Positions 27,610-37,690 of a stretch of DNA of 64,000 bases are shown piece by piece; the stretch's first letter is position 1; the number at the start of each line of letters is the position of its first letter. The notes beneath the pieces were generated by a model. It worked only from the letters and a program-made list of their open reading frames with translations. It was not told where the DNA came from and made no database searches. The DNA is from an uncultured virus (IMG/VR IMGVR_UViG_3300049171_000081). Lineage: Duplodnaviria > Heunggongvirae > Uroviricota > Caudoviricetes. The stretch covers positions 1-64,000 of IMG/VR virus record IMGVR_UViG_3300049171_000081; one strand, written 5' to 3'. The translations under genes and the position numbers were made by a program.

Positions 27610-30600
27610 TCACCCCGACCCGCTGATCGTCGCCGCGTAAGCCAAGGACCGGTTGATCGTCGTGGACGTCGGCTCGGCCTGCGGGTACTGGTTGGTGATG
27701 TAGAAGGTCGTCGACGGGCCTGCCTGTTGCATCTGCGGCAGTCCGGCCAGATACGTCGACACCGATTCCGGCGGCATCTCCCGGACGAGGGACCGGGTCA
27801 TCCGGGTCCCGCCGTCGTCACTGGAGAGGGTCACCGGGTTGTATTGCGGAGTGGCCGACTCGGACAGGTTGGAGAAGAAGTTCTTCAGCCCGGAGCCGCC
27901 GCCCCGGTTGATCATTTCCAGCAGTGCGCCGTACCGCTTCGCCGAGGCCGCGTTCACGACGAACTCACCGTTGGAGAGCATCATCGGAATCGAGTCGGAC
28001 CTCGGACCGCCCGGCCCGTAGATCCAGCCACCCGTCGCCGCCTGGCCCACCTTGGGCCCCGACGGCGGCTTGTTCTGCTGATAGTAGAAATACCCCACCC
28101 GAACCGTAGCGCTCCGCGTCAGGGCGCGCTGGATGCGCCCACCGGCCGTCTGGGCGGCCTGCACGATGCCGCCGAGCTGGCCCTTGAATGCTGCGACGTT
28201 CGCCAGTGTGACGCGGCCCTTCGGGTCGAGCTGGCCCTTGTTCGCCCGAGCGACCGCGTCCTTCAGGCCCTGGAGCAGTGCTTTGAACTCGTCGTCGTCG
28301 AGGTCGCCACTGCCGTCGACGTCGAACTTGCCGACAGCCTCCTCGCCCATGATCAGCAGGGCCAGGTTCTCCATCTGCTGCCGGTACTTCTCGTCGTGGA
28401 GCTGAGCGTCTCCCTTGGGGTTCAGCAGACCCTGGCCCTCGGTGCTCGCGAGGAACTGCGTCAGGGCGAGGACCTTGGCCCGGAACTCTTCGTCGCTGAA
28501 GGCACCCTTGCCGTCCGCGTCCAGACGGCGTTCCAGCTTCAGCGCGTCGAGTTCACCGACCAAACGGGTGAGCTGCCAGTGGAAGAGGCGGGCGTCCAGG
28601 GTGGCGAGGCCCTTCGCGTCGAGCTTCCCGGACGCCTTCGCCTCGGCGATGATCTGCTGGAGCTTCCCGATGTCGAGTCGCGCCTTGATCATGTCGATCG
28701 CGATCTCGGGGGAGATCTTCAGCTTGTCGACGTAGTAGATGTAGCGTTCGACCTCGCGCAGGCTGTTGAATGCCTCGACGTCGTTCGCCGACAGGGTGAT
28801 CTCGACCTTCGAGTCCTTCAGCTTCCCGATGATCTTCTGGTACTGGTCGGACACGTAGGCGAATTCCTCTGCGGTCTCCGCTTTGTTCACCAGGTTGCCG
28901 AAGGTGTTGGAGATCGCTGTCCGCATGTTCAGGCTGGCATTCTCGACCTTGCCCGAGTTCGCGATGATCGAGGTGGCCAGTTCGTTGACAGCGTCAGACC
29001 CGATCGCCCGGAGGCGGGGAGCCAGCTCCTCCATCTCGGCGGCCGACAGATTCGCCAGTTCCTCGACGGCCGGAGCGGCCTCCGGACCCAGCTTGCGGAA
29101 CTGCTCCGCGATGTCCGGACCGAGGGTCGAGGCGATACGGATCAGGTTGGTCGACCAGTCCCGCTGCGCCTCTGCAATTTTCTCCAGTTGATCGAGGTAC
29201 AGGTCCAGGCTGGCGCGTGAGTTCAGGGAGAACTTCTCGATCGCGTCCTCGGCCCCCGGGAACGCCGCCTCGGCCGCAGCCTTGAAGGCGTCCATCGGGC
29301 CGCCGAACCCCTCCAAGGACTTCGACAGCTCATCGATCACGGCCTTGGCGTCTTCGGCGCTCAGATCAAGATCTTCGAGAGACGCCGTGGTCAGCTTGAT
29401 GGCCCCCGACGCCGAGCCGATCTCCTTGCCGGTCGAGCTGTACGCCTCTCCAAGCAGCGAGGCCGCAATCTCGTTCTTGGTGAACTCGCCCTCCTGCGCG
29501 ATCAGCGTCGTCCGGAGGGCCTCAAGGAATCCCTTCAGCCGCTGGGCGGCAGCCGCCTCGTTGCTGAGCTGTTCGGCGAACTCACCCTTCATGCCACCGG
29601 GCATGTAGTTGTCCGCCGTGGCGCTGACCTTGGTGATGGCCGCGTCGAGTTCGTCGAGCGCACCCTGCGGATCGGTCATGGACCGCTTCAGCAGCTCACC
29701 CACATTGAGGCCGGACTTGCCGAGCTGGTCCAGGGCGTCGGCACTGATCTTGCTGCCGTTGGCGAGCTTGGAAGAGCCGACAGCGGCCTCCGCCGTCGAC
29801 CGGAGCCACGCTGCGGCCTGCTCGCCGAGAACCATCGTGTTCTCGCTGAGCGCCTGGGTGTTCTTGCGGATGACCCCTTCGGCCTTCTCCCATTCGGCCA
29901 CGTAACCTGCGGCAGCCCGAGCAGATTCCCCGGTCCCCTTGGCCTGCTCACGCAGACTGCTGATAGAGGAGTTCGCCGTCTCAATGGCGATCTGCTCCGC
30001 CCTCGCACGGGCGATGGCGTTCTCGGCGGCCTCACGGTCCTTGGTGGAGGCGTTCTCCTTGGAGACCGTCAGGGTGCGATACGCGCCGATGCCCCGGAGA
30101 GCCTCGGCGGACCCACTGGCGACGGCAGCGTTGTACTTCTCCTGGCCTCCGGCCGCCTTGATCGCGGCCTCCGTGTCAGCACGGATTGCGTTGCCCAGCG
30201 CTTTCGTGCCGCCGGTCGCCTCAAGAGCTGCCTTGGAGATCTTCTCGGCCTCGCTCGTGAACAGGCCCATGCTTGCGATGGTCGGGCCGAAAATCAGAGC
30301 CAACGTGGTCAGGGCGATGCCCCACGGGCCGAAGGCGATCGAAGCCGCCCTGGCGGCCATGCCGGTCGCACCGATGGACCCCGCCGCACGACCCGACTGC
30401 ACGGCAGCCGCCGAGATGGCAGCCGAGGTGGCGACACTCTGAGTGGCCAGACTCCTCTGTCCAATGGTGGCCTGAGCGGCGGCGGTGGTCTGCTGACGCA
30501 GGGAATTGGCCGAGGCGAAGGTGCCCGACACCAAGGCGGTCTGTCGCTGCGCCACCTGAGTGACAGCCTGACCCTGCTGCCGCAAGGCGTTGCCCGAGGC

Positions 30601-33114
30601 CGTGGCTCCCGCCGCCAGAACGGCCTGCTGCTGCGCGACCAAATGAGTGGCCTGCGCCTGGCGTTGGAAAGATCCTCCGGTCAGGGCGACCGCGTTCGTC
30701 AGACCCCGGGATGCCGCAGTTGCGACTGCCGAAGCTGTTGCCTGCTGCATCAAGGCGTTGGTCGCCTGGCTCGTGGCCAGGGCGTAAGCGCGGGCACCTG
30801 GAACGGCGGTGACCGTTGCCCGATTCTGGGCGAGGATGCTGGCGGTGTACCGAGCCGAATTCGTAGCCGCTTGTTGGTTCACCGTCAGGTTCTGCATGTA
30901 AGCCGAAGTGGCGACCCGTGTCGCGGCGGCCACTCGGCCCTGCGCGGCAACCTGAGACGCCATGGCCTGGCTGCTGGCGGTCTGCGCCGTGTTGAGTCGC
31001 CCCTGTGCGGCGGCGGCGGCGGGAAGGCCGTCGCGATAGATCGTCATGGCGTCCCGCATGCGCAGGGTCGTCGTGCCGAGAGTGGCCATCACCTCCCGGG
31101 ATGCGATGGCGGCAGTGATGGCCTTCGCCGAGGCGATCCGCCACACCAGCCAGGCCGCAGCGCCCGCCGTTGCGGCCGTGGCGACCGAGCCGAGGATTCC
31201 GGCGATCGGACCCAGCTCGCCAACGAACTCGACAACCTCGGACAGGGCACCCGCAACCGTGCCGACTGCCTGACCGAGCGGTCCGCCCAGAATTGCCAGG
31301 GTGTTCTGGAAGGAGTCACCCAGGTTCTGGATCTCGGCGGCCGTGGTCTCGTAGATACCCTTGGACTGGCGCATCAGCTCGGAGCCCTTGGCGTACTCTT
31401 CGTCCGCTCGGCTGAACGACTCCCGGACGATGTCGACGTTGTTCGCCAGACGCGAGAACACGTCGATGTCACGGACTGCGTTCACGCCGAGTTCGCGCAG
31501 AACACCTTGAACTTCGCCACCAGCTCCGGCGGCCCGAGACAGACCTTCCACGAACGTCAGGAAGAATCCACCGGGGTCCGTCTTGTACAGCTTCTTGGCC
31601 TCCTCGGACGTGATGCCCATGACGGTCGAGAGTTTGGCCACTTCGGTAGAGCTGCCGTTGACGGCAGTGCTGAGCTGGTTGAAGACACGTGTCAGGGCAC
31701 CACGTGACAGCTCCGGGCGGACCTGAAGAGACGCCAGCGCTGCGGAGAGACCGGCCGTCTCCTGCTTGGTCAGTCCGAACAGGTTGGACACCGTGGCGAT
31801 CGAGCTGTTGATCCGCAGGATCTCCTGGTCGGTGGCCACCGACGCCGTACCCAGCGCAAGGATTGCCGAGCCGAGCTGTTCCATCTCCGAGATCGGCACG
31901 TCCTGCATCTGCGCGATACGGCCGAGCAGCAGAGTCGCCTCGTCGGCGGACACCCCGGTCGTCAACGAGAAACGGACGATGGTGTCCGTGAAGTTTTCGA
32001 GCTGCTGAGTGGAGATGCCGATCTGCGCACCGAGCTGACCGATGCGGGACACTTCCTCGAAGGAGATCGGCGCGTTGGCGGCGATGTCCTGGAAGGCCCG
32101 CTTCAGCCCCTGTGTCTCTTCTTCTGTGGCCACGATGACTCGGGCCACCTGGGCGAATGCCTGCTCCTGGGAGATGGCCGCCTGCGCCATCGCCAAAGGC
32201 AGATGGGAAATGATCTGGAGCAGCGACATGAAGGACTGCTCCAGCTCGCCAACGGACGACCGCATGGCGTAGGACGACCTGGAGTACGAGGCGTTCGCCC
32301 CGGTCGCGGTGTTCGTCTGCATGGCCAGTCGCTGCCGGGACAGGGCCAGCCGTTCATCTTCCTGCGCCAGCCGCTGCGCCGCCTGAGCATGCTTCTCCCG
32401 GGCCTGCCGGAGCTTCTCCTCCTGGAGGGCGAGCTTGGAGGTGGCTTCCAGGGCCTTGAGGCGAGCCAATTCGGCCTTCTGTTCGGCCGCCGCCGCGTTC
32501 TGGGTGATCTGGGCCATGGTTCGCTGCACTCCTGCGAGCCGGGTGACCACAGCCGCCATCCGCTCGTACAGCGTGATGGTGCGCGAGAGTCGGGCGTACT
32601 CCTTCTCGCCCATGCCCTGAACACTCGACAGGGCATTGCGTAGCCCCGTGAAGGCTTTCTCCACGCCTTTGGAGGTCTGGCCCATCTTCCCTTGGGCCTG
32701 AGAAAGTGTGGAGACAATCGTCGCCAGGTTCTTGTACAGAGCCATCGTCCGCTGCATCTCGGCGGACTGCGCCCGGGACGTGCCGTTGACCGTCCCCATG
32801 ATGGTGTTCAGGGCGGTGAGCGCCTGGGCCATCCGCTTGGACCCGCGCTCGATTTCCTTCTTCTTCTGCGGCAAGTTACTGATGGCAGATGCGTAATTGC
32901 CGACCGTGCTGATGAGCGAGTTGTAGACCGAAAGAGACTTACGCAGTTCCGCAGCGGTCTGCTTTTCGACCTTGGCGACACTGCCCATGACGTTGTTCAG
33001 GTTCTGGAATATTCGCTCCATGTGGCCACCGGCTTTGGTGATGGCCTGGGAACCCTGAGCAAACGAGCGGAGGTCCAGGTTGATCCGAGCAGTTGCGTCG
33101 AACCGCGTGGCCAC
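27610..33114 (-). CDS. Tape measure protein
   Basis: 1834 aa, Ala-rich helical; TP901-like core; ATGG..GPG..SDSIP.MLSNGEFV motif. Confidence 0.93.
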   Translation of the reverse strand: MATRFDATARINLDLRSFAQGSQAITKAGGHMERIFQNLNNVMGSVAKVEKQTAAELRKSLSVYNSLISTVGNYASAISNLPQKKKEIERGSKRMAQALTALNTIMGTVNGTSRAQSAEMQRTMALYKNLATIVSTLSQAQGKMGQTSKGVEKAFTGLRNALSSVQGMGEKEYARLSRTITLYERMAAVVTRLAGVQRTMAQITQNAAAAEQKAELARLKALEATSKLALQEEKLRQAREKHAQAAQRLAQEDERLALSRQRLAMQTNTATGANASYSRSSYAMRSSVGELEQSFMSLLQIISHLPLAMAQAAISQEQAFAQVARVIVATEEETQGLKRAFQDIAANAPISFEEVSRIGQLGAQIGISTQQLENFTDTIVRFSLTTGVSADEATLLLGRIAQMQDVPISEMEQLGSAILALGTASVATDQEILRINSSIATVSNLFGLTKQETAGLSAALASLQVRPELSRGALTRVFNQLSTAVNGSSTEVAKLSTVMGITSEEAKKLYKTDPGGFFLTFVEGLSRAAGAGGEVQGVLRELGVNAVRDIDVFSRLANNVDIVRESFSRADEEYAKGSELMRQSKGIYETTAAEIQNLGDSFQNTLAILGGPLGQAVGTVAGALSEVVEFVGELGPIAGILGSVATAATAGAAAWLVWRIASAKAITAAIASREVMATLGTTTLRMRDAMTIYRDGLPAAAAAQGRLNTAQTASSQAMASQVAAQGRVAAATRVATSAYMQNLTVNQQAATNSARYTASILAQNRATVTAVPGARAYALATSQATNALMQQATASAVATAASRGLTNAVALTGGSFQRQAQATHLVAQQQAVLAAGATASGNALRQQGQAVTQVAQRQTALVSGTFASANSLRQQTTAAAQATIGQRSLATQSVATSAAISAAAVQSGRAAGSIGATGMAARAASIAFGPWGIALTTLALIFGPTIASMGLFTSEAEKISKAALEATGGTKALGNAIRADTEAAIKAAGGQEKYNAAVASGSAEALRGIGAYRTLTVSKENASTKDREAAENAIARARAEQIAIETANSSISSLREQAKGTGESARAAAGYVAEWEKAEGVIRKNTQALSENTMVLGEQAAAWLRSTAEAAVGSSKLANGSKISADALDQLGKSGLNVGELLKRSMTDPQGALDELDAAITKVSATADNYMPGGMKGEFAEQLSNEAAAAQRLKGFLEALRTTLIAQEGEFTKNEIAASLLGEAYSSTGKEIGSASGAIKLTTASLEDLDLSAEDAKAVIDELSKSLEGFGGPMDAFKAAAEAAFPGAEDAIEKFSLNSRASLDLYLDQLEKIAEAQRDWSTNLIRIASTLGPDIAEQFRKLGPEAAPAVEELANLSAAEMEELAPRLRAIGSDAVNELATSIIANSGKVENASLNMRTAISNTFGNLVNKAETAEEFAYVSDQYQKIIGKLKDSKVEITLSANDVEAFNSLREVERYIYYVDKLKISPEIAIDMIKARLDIGKLQQIIAEAKASGKLDAKGLATLDARLFHWQLTRLVGELDALKLERRLDADGKGAFSDEEFRAKVLALTQFLASTEGQGLLNPKGDAQLHDEKYRQQMENLALLIMGEEAVGKFDVDGSGDLDDDEFKALLQGLKDAVARANKGQLDPKGRVTLANVAAFKGQLGGIVQAAQTAGGRIQRALTRSATVRVGYFYYQQNKPPSGPKVGQAATGGWIYGPGGPRSDSIPMMLSNGEFVVNAASAKRYGALLEMINRGGGSGLKNFFSNLSESATPQYNPVTLSSDDGGTRMTRSLVREMPPESVSTYLAGLPQMQQAGPSTTFYITNQYPQAEPTSTTINRSLAYAATISGSG

Positions 33115-33123
33115 CTGAACCTC

Positions 33124-33549
33124 CTAATCCGGCATGTCGTTTTGATATGCGTGCACGCGAGAAGGAAGTCTGTACTCCTCGCCCCACACACTACGGGGAT
33201 TCACATAGCGAGTCTCGCCCTTCATTCGCTGACGTCCGCCCCGATTCCTCTCCATGTCCTCCCGGTCGCGCTCAAGTTCTGCGCACCCGTAACAGACCGA
33301 GGATTTCATGTCGAAGACGATTTCATTGTTCGTGGAATGGCCGATCCAGGCCGGAGTCCCACAGCTCTTGCAGGTCTCTTCTTCCAGAATCGTCAGGGCG
33401 GTGGCGAGTTTCCGATTCCGCTCGTCCGACCAGTCAGACGGCCTCCCGGTCAGCATCTGGAGCGGGGGAATCCCCCAGGCTCTGGCTGTCTTCAGTACGG
33501 GCCTCAACCAACTTGACGTCTTCCACGTCAGAGCCTCCGCCAGGAAACC
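33124..33549 (-). CDS. Tail assembly chaperone, frameshift (GT-like) extension
   Basis: Overlaps the chaperone ORF in the +1 frame; WGIPP...WS..., CKSCG and CYGC; precedes TMP. Confidence 0.7.
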   Translation of the reverse strand, partial: GFLAEALTWKTSSWLRPVLKTARAWGIPPLQMLTGRPSDWSDERNRKLATALTILEEETCKSCGTPAWIGHSTNNEIVFDMKSSVCYGCAELERDREDMERNRGGRQRMKGETRYVNPRSVWGEEYRLPSRVHAYQNDMPD

Positions 33550-34234
33550 CGGCATCGAGCTTGCTGGCCCACTCACGCGAGGCCGACAGGCCCGTGCCCA
33601 CCGACTCCATCAGTCGGACCATCTCGGAGGAGATCAGCTTGCGCATCAGCTTCTCGGCACCCTGCGGGGTGGGCGGGGCCACCACCCGGCCGTCGGACAG
33701 CGTCATGCGGATGCAGAAGTGCGAGATCTGCGCGGCCAGGGTGTACCGGGTCCGCGCGGTCATGTATTCGAGATCGTCCTCGGAGGCGTTCTTGTAGTTC
33801 GGGTGGTCGTGGAGGAATTTCCGAGCTGCCGCCCGGGTCACCTCACCCAGTTCCTCGGACGTCTTGACCTGGAACGTCAGCTTGATGGCCGTGGAGAGGA
33901 TCTTCACTCGCAGCTCATCCTTGCGCTTCTGGAGCTGCTCGATCTCGGAGGTGATCGTGTCGCGGTCGTTCAAGTACTGGTCCAGGACCGGGTCGACGAG
34001 ACCGCTGGCGGGGCTGTTCGACCGGTCGGATATGACCTTGTCGAGCTTGTCCAGTTCCTCGACGAGGTCGTCCAGGGTGTCGGACACATCGGCCAGTTCG
34101 GCACCGCTGCGCTGGTCGATGTAGGCAACGTGATCGAACTCGGGGAAGGTCGACTTTCCTTCGAGGTAGTCCTCGAAATTGAAAGTGTCGGGACCGGGTT
34201 CCGGGGACCCGGTGACCGTGGTGTTCTCCGTCAT
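33434..34234 (-). CDS. Tail assembly chaperone (G-like)
   Basis: Between tail tube and TMP. Confidence 0.75.
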   Translation of the reverse strand: MTENTTVTGSPEPGPDTFNFEDYLEGKSTFPEFDHVAYIDQRSGAELADVSDTLDDLVEELDKLDKVISDRSNSPASGLVDPVLDQYLNDRDTITSEIEQLQKRKDELRVKILSTAIKLTFQVKTSEELGEVTRAAARKFLHDHPNYKNASEDDLEYMTARTRYTLAAQISHFCIRMTLSDGRVVAPPTPQGAEKLMRKLISSEMVRLMESVGTGLSASREWASKLDAGFPGGGSDVEDVKLVEARTEDSQSLGDSPAPDADREAV

Positions 34235-34260
34235 GGAATTTCCCGTTCCTTGGAGGTGGA

Positions 34261-34827
34261 TCAGCTAGCGAGAGCGCCGACCTGAACCAGGCCGTCGGAC
34301 GAAACGCCCTGGGGGTAGAAAGTCGGCTGGAGCTGGAGAGGGGCGGACGCGTCGGTGATGACGTTCGGGTCACCGGAAAGGAACTTGAAAACGGTGACCC
34401 AGTCACCGTCGACGATGTTCGGGTTCCGGACCGGGTGCTTGGAAATCCGCTGCACCAGGTAGCCCTGACGAAGGGGCTTCTTGAACAGACGCATCACATC
34501 GTTGTAGATGGACTCGTCCACCTTGTTCGGGTCCTGGTCGACGAAAATGTTGAGCTGACCCTCATAGTTCTTGGCGGTCGGGTTGGCCACATTCGAGTCG
34601 TCACACAAACCACGGGTGTCGTCGGTGTCACGCTCCGTCCAGCCGAGCGTGAGATCGGTGGTCAGGGCACACGTGATGTTCAGGCCCGCGTTGATTTCGG
34701 CGGCCGTCGGAGCATCGACGTTGACTATCCCCTCGCCGTAGACCCCCTCGTATCCGAGAGTGGTCTGGTCGCCGTCATCGACCCAGAAGATCGAGATGTT
34801 CGGCGGTAGTGCCTTCACTGCTGCCAT
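34261..34827 (-). CDS. Major tail (tube) protein
   Basis: APTAAEINAG..ITCAL motif typical of actinophage tail tubes; position. Confidence 0.85.
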   Translation of the reverse strand: MAAVKALPPNISIFWVDDGDQTTLGYEGVYGEGIVNVDAPTAAEINAGLNITCALTTDLTLGWTERDTDDTRGLCDDSNVANPTAKNYEGQLNIFVDQDPNKVDESIYNDVMRLFKKPLRQGYLVQRISKHPVRNPNIVDGDWVTVFKFLSGDPNVITDASAPLQLQPTFYPQGVSSDGLVQVGALAS

Positions 34828-34874
34828 CGAGATCTCCTTGCATACGACGTCGTTGATCTCGAAGCTGATATTAA

Positions 34875-34923
34875 CGACGAAAAGGCCCCCTCCGTGAATG
34901 TCTTAGAGAGGGCCTTTTCGTCG
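34875..34923. terminator. Hairpin between tail terminator gene and tail tube gene
   Basis: CGACGAAAAGGCCC / GGGCCTTTTCGTCG. Confidence 0.6.
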
Positions 34924-34981
34924 AGAAGGACGTCAGGCGAAACCCGGTTTCCGAGTTCCCTTATTCAGTTCTTCGAATTAC

Positions 34982-35485
34982 TCAGGAATTACCAGCCGAG
35001 ATAGGCGGATTCGGTGAAGTGCTGGTCCGGCCCACCGCGATGACTCCGGTCCACCCGACCGAAAGATAGAACCTGCGAGTGTCGCCGATTCCCACCAGAT
35101 ACGGGTCCCGGACCGTGCCGGAACCGGCCTCGGTCAGCTCACCCAGGCCCACCGGCTGATACCCGGTCAGCAGATCCCGGACCGCCTGCGCCAACTGAAG
35201 AGCCGACAGGCCGGACGGTGCGACGTTCTGCACAAGGAAGGACGCCTGCTTCACCACGCTGTCACCACCCGTTCCGCAGAGGTCGGTCATCCCGTTCGAT
35301 CCGCCATAGGTCGCCATGTCGTACGCCTGGCCGAACCACAGGATCAGAGACGGCTTGAAGAACGCGGACGGGTCCTTGACCACGTCGACGTTCTCGGTGA
35401 TGCCCTCCAGGTAGACCGGGGTGTTGGGCAGCCCCTCCTCCAGTCGCCGTTTCACGTCGAGCTGCCAGTCGAGCAGTGTCGGCAT
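34982..35485 (-). CDS. Tail terminator-like protein
   Basis: Position directly upstream of tail tube; AQAVRDLLTG. Confidence 0.65.
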   Translation of the reverse strand: MPTLLDWQLDVKRRLEEGLPNTPVYLEGITENVDVVKDPSAFFKPSLILWFGQAYDMATYGGSNGMTDLCGTGGDSVVKQASFLVQNVAPSGLSALQLAQAVRDLLTGYQPVGLGELTEAGSGTVRDPYLVGIGDTRRFYLSVGWTGVIAVGRTSTSPNPPISAGNS

Positions 35486-35497
35486 ACTCTTCCCCTC

Positions 35498-35905
35498 CTA
35501 CTTGAGCCGGGCCTGAAGCTCGGCGACCACCTGCGTGTAGCCGTTCAACACGGCCTTCATCGCGGTGATGCCGTTCTGCGTGCCGAACTCCTGGAAGGGC
35601 GCGTAGTAGGGGGCCAGCTCCTCCCAGCCGAACGTGATCTTCAGGATGTCGGTGCCGAAGTCGCCCGTTCCCGTGACCTGGCGCTTCATCGATCCGGTAT
35701 CCACACGGGACCGCGCCCGGACAAGACCCTCGCCACGACGCCGCGCATTCGACATATCCAGCACCAGCCGCTGTCGGGTCTGGTTCAGATGGTTGACCAC
35801 GAACGCGGACAGCCCCGTGTCCTGAGCGCTGCGGATGCTCCCGCCCCGGTAGTACCGGTAGGAGCTGCCAAACTGGTAGTTGTACTTGAACTCCACGTAC
35901 GCCAT
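35498..35905 (-). CDS. HK97 gp10-like neck/tail-completion protein
   Basis: RVDTGSM, YAPFQEFGT motifs. Confidence 0.8.
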   Translation of the reverse strand: MAYVEFKYNYQFGSSYRYYRGGSIRSAQDTGLSAFVVNHLNQTRQRLVLDMSNARRRGEGLVRARSRVDTGSMKRQVTGTGDFGTDILKITFGWEELAPYYAPFQEFGTQNGITAMKAVLNGYTQVVAELQARLK

Positions 35906-35917
35906 GAGGAACGCCTC

Positions 35918-36766
35918 CTAGATCTGGTAGACGCCCCCCAGTGCGCCGACCTCCAGTGTCGTCGAAAGATTGCTGTTGAGGTCCACGGTTTCATGGTCCT
36001 TGTGGGAGACGGCGTGAGCGTTCAGTTCCCCGGAGGACATGGCCAGAAGACGTTCGGCGCGTTCCACCAATGAACCTCCGGACAGGGGCCGACCCTGCCG
36101 GTTGTATCCGTAGAAGCCCGCGTGATAGGCCCGGGGCCGCGCGGTGTAGACCGTCACGCCACCCACGCCTTCCCTCACCCGGTTGACGAGACCGTCCTGC
36201 TCGGCGAACGGGGCGGGGATCGCACTCGAAGGAAACGTCCGGGTGCAGTAGCCGACCATGTTCCGGAAGTACGCCGGGACCGCGTGCTCCAGGACGAGTT
36301 CCACCGCTTTCGGCCTGAGGGATACCCCGAGAGACTGGTACGAGGGATGCGTGTACGCGGCCCCGTCGTCCATGGCGTTCTGATTCCGGCAGGCACTCAC
36401 AGCGAAGGCGTCCGGCACCGCCCGGTGCATGTCCTCGTGGAACGAGAAGTACGTCGCGGCGACGAAGATGTCCTCCTCGACCACGTGCAGGAGGTCCGGC
36501 TTAAAGGTCAGACAGTCCCGCATCCCCGTCAGCACGTTGTAGGAGTTGCCGTGGAAGCGGTGCGGAGGGACCTGCCGCAGGTGCAGCCCGGCAAAAGCGT
36601 CCGAGGAGGCGAACGCCTGAGCCGCCTCCACGCACTCGGAACTGCCCGCACGGTCAAGGCTGACCACAACGTGCACGTCCTCGGCTCGGGCGGCCTGAAG
36701 GCGCGTCAGGCAGGCGTACAGCATGTCGGGTCTACGCCAGGCCGGAACGAGGACGACATGCTTCAC
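35918..36766 (-). CDS. GT-A fold glycosyltransferase
   Basis: VVLVPAWRRP, VVSLD, HVVEEDIFVA (ExD), HAGFYG. Confidence 0.75.
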   Translation of the reverse strand: MKHVVLVPAWRRPDMLYACLTRLQAARAEDVHVVVSLDRAGSSECVEAAQAFASSDAFAGLHLRQVPPHRFHGNSYNVLTGMRDCLTFKPDLLHVVEEDIFVAATYFSFHEDMHRAVPDAFAVSACRNQNAMDDGAAYTHPSYQSLGVSLRPKAVELVLEHAVPAYFRNMVGYCTRTFPSSAIPAPFAEQDGLVNRVREGVGGVTVYTARPRAYHAGFYGYNRQGRPLSGGSLVERAERLLAMSSGELNAHAVSHKDHETVDLNSNLSTTLEVGALGGVYQI

Positions 36767-37671
36767 AGCTTCTCCAGCAGTTCGAGGGCCGTGTCCCGGA
36801 ACGCATGATTGCGGACGAGGAAGTGCCTGCGGGCAAGACGTCCCATCTCCGAGCGGTCCTCCGGGGCGAGGGACGCAGCCCGGCGTACAGCTTCAGCGAT
36901 CGAATCGGGGCCCGCCAACAGAAGATGCGACTGATGATGCTTGGAGGGGCCTGTCGGGGCGTCTATCAGGAAACCCCAGCCCGGCCGGATGTGCTCGTTC
37001 ATCGGGGATCCGTTGGTCGTGACGACCACGGCCTCCGCCGACATGGCCTCGGTGATGTAGTGGCCCCAGCCCTCCGCCCTCGACGGGCACACGTGGATCT
37101 CCGCCTGGTTGATAAGGGTGTCCAGCTCCTCCACGCTGGGACTCACGACCAGCCGGACTCCGTACGGCACGGGCATGTCGTCCCGGGACACCACCGTGAG
37201 CGGGGGCAGATCGGGGTGGGCCCGCCAGGCTTCGAGGACCTGCATGGTCCCCTTCATGTCGGATTTCCCCCGGATGTGCAGGCACTCCAGACGACGGGGA
37301 ACGGACCGGTCCATGCGGTCCTTCCCCAGGAAGCCCGTCATGTACGTCGTCCGGCTGCCGTGCCGGACGCAGGTGTTGTGCGCATCCCAGCCCTTGGCCC
37401 AGATCTGATCGAAGGCCGGAATGTAACGGAGCCACTCGCGGGGGTACCACTCCATGTTCGGAACGAGCACGTTCCGGTGTGCCCGCTTGGCGAGCGTCAC
37501 GCTGACGAGTTCCAGATGGAACGCCGCGTCGGCCAGTTCCATCGTGCGCGACTTCCACGGCACAAAGCTGACCTGGTGTCCGGCGCTCTCGAAGAGATCG
37601 GTCAGCAGCTCGACATCCAGCGACAAACCCACCCCGTTGTCGTTGGTGAGCAGGGCTATCTTCAGGCCCAC
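36763..37671 (-). CDS. GT-B fold (GT4-like) glycosyltransferase
   Basis: HIRGKS.KG, CPSRAEGWGHYITEAMS (EX7E), PMNE. Confidence 0.85.
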   Translation of the reverse strand: MGLKIALLTNDNGVGLSLDVELLTDLFESAGHQVSFVPWKSRTMELADAAFHLELVSVTLAKRAHRNVLVPNMEWYPREWLRYIPAFDQIWAKGWDAHNTCVRHGSRTTYMTGFLGKDRMDRSVPRRLECLHIRGKSDMKGTMQVLEAWRAHPDLPPLTVVSRDDMPVPYGVRLVVSPSVEELDTLINQAEIHVCPSRAEGWGHYITEAMSAEAVVVTTNGSPMNEHIRPGWGFLIDAPTGPSKHHQSHLLLAGPDSIAEAVRRAASLAPEDRSEMGRLARRHFLVRNHAFRDTALELLEKL

Positions 37672-37690
37672 GTTCGGGCTCCTCCGTTCG

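Noticed and set aside
30300..31000. Ala/Gln repeats in the tape measure gene as a separate repeat element
   Set aside because: Ordinary low-complexity helical repeats of TMPs
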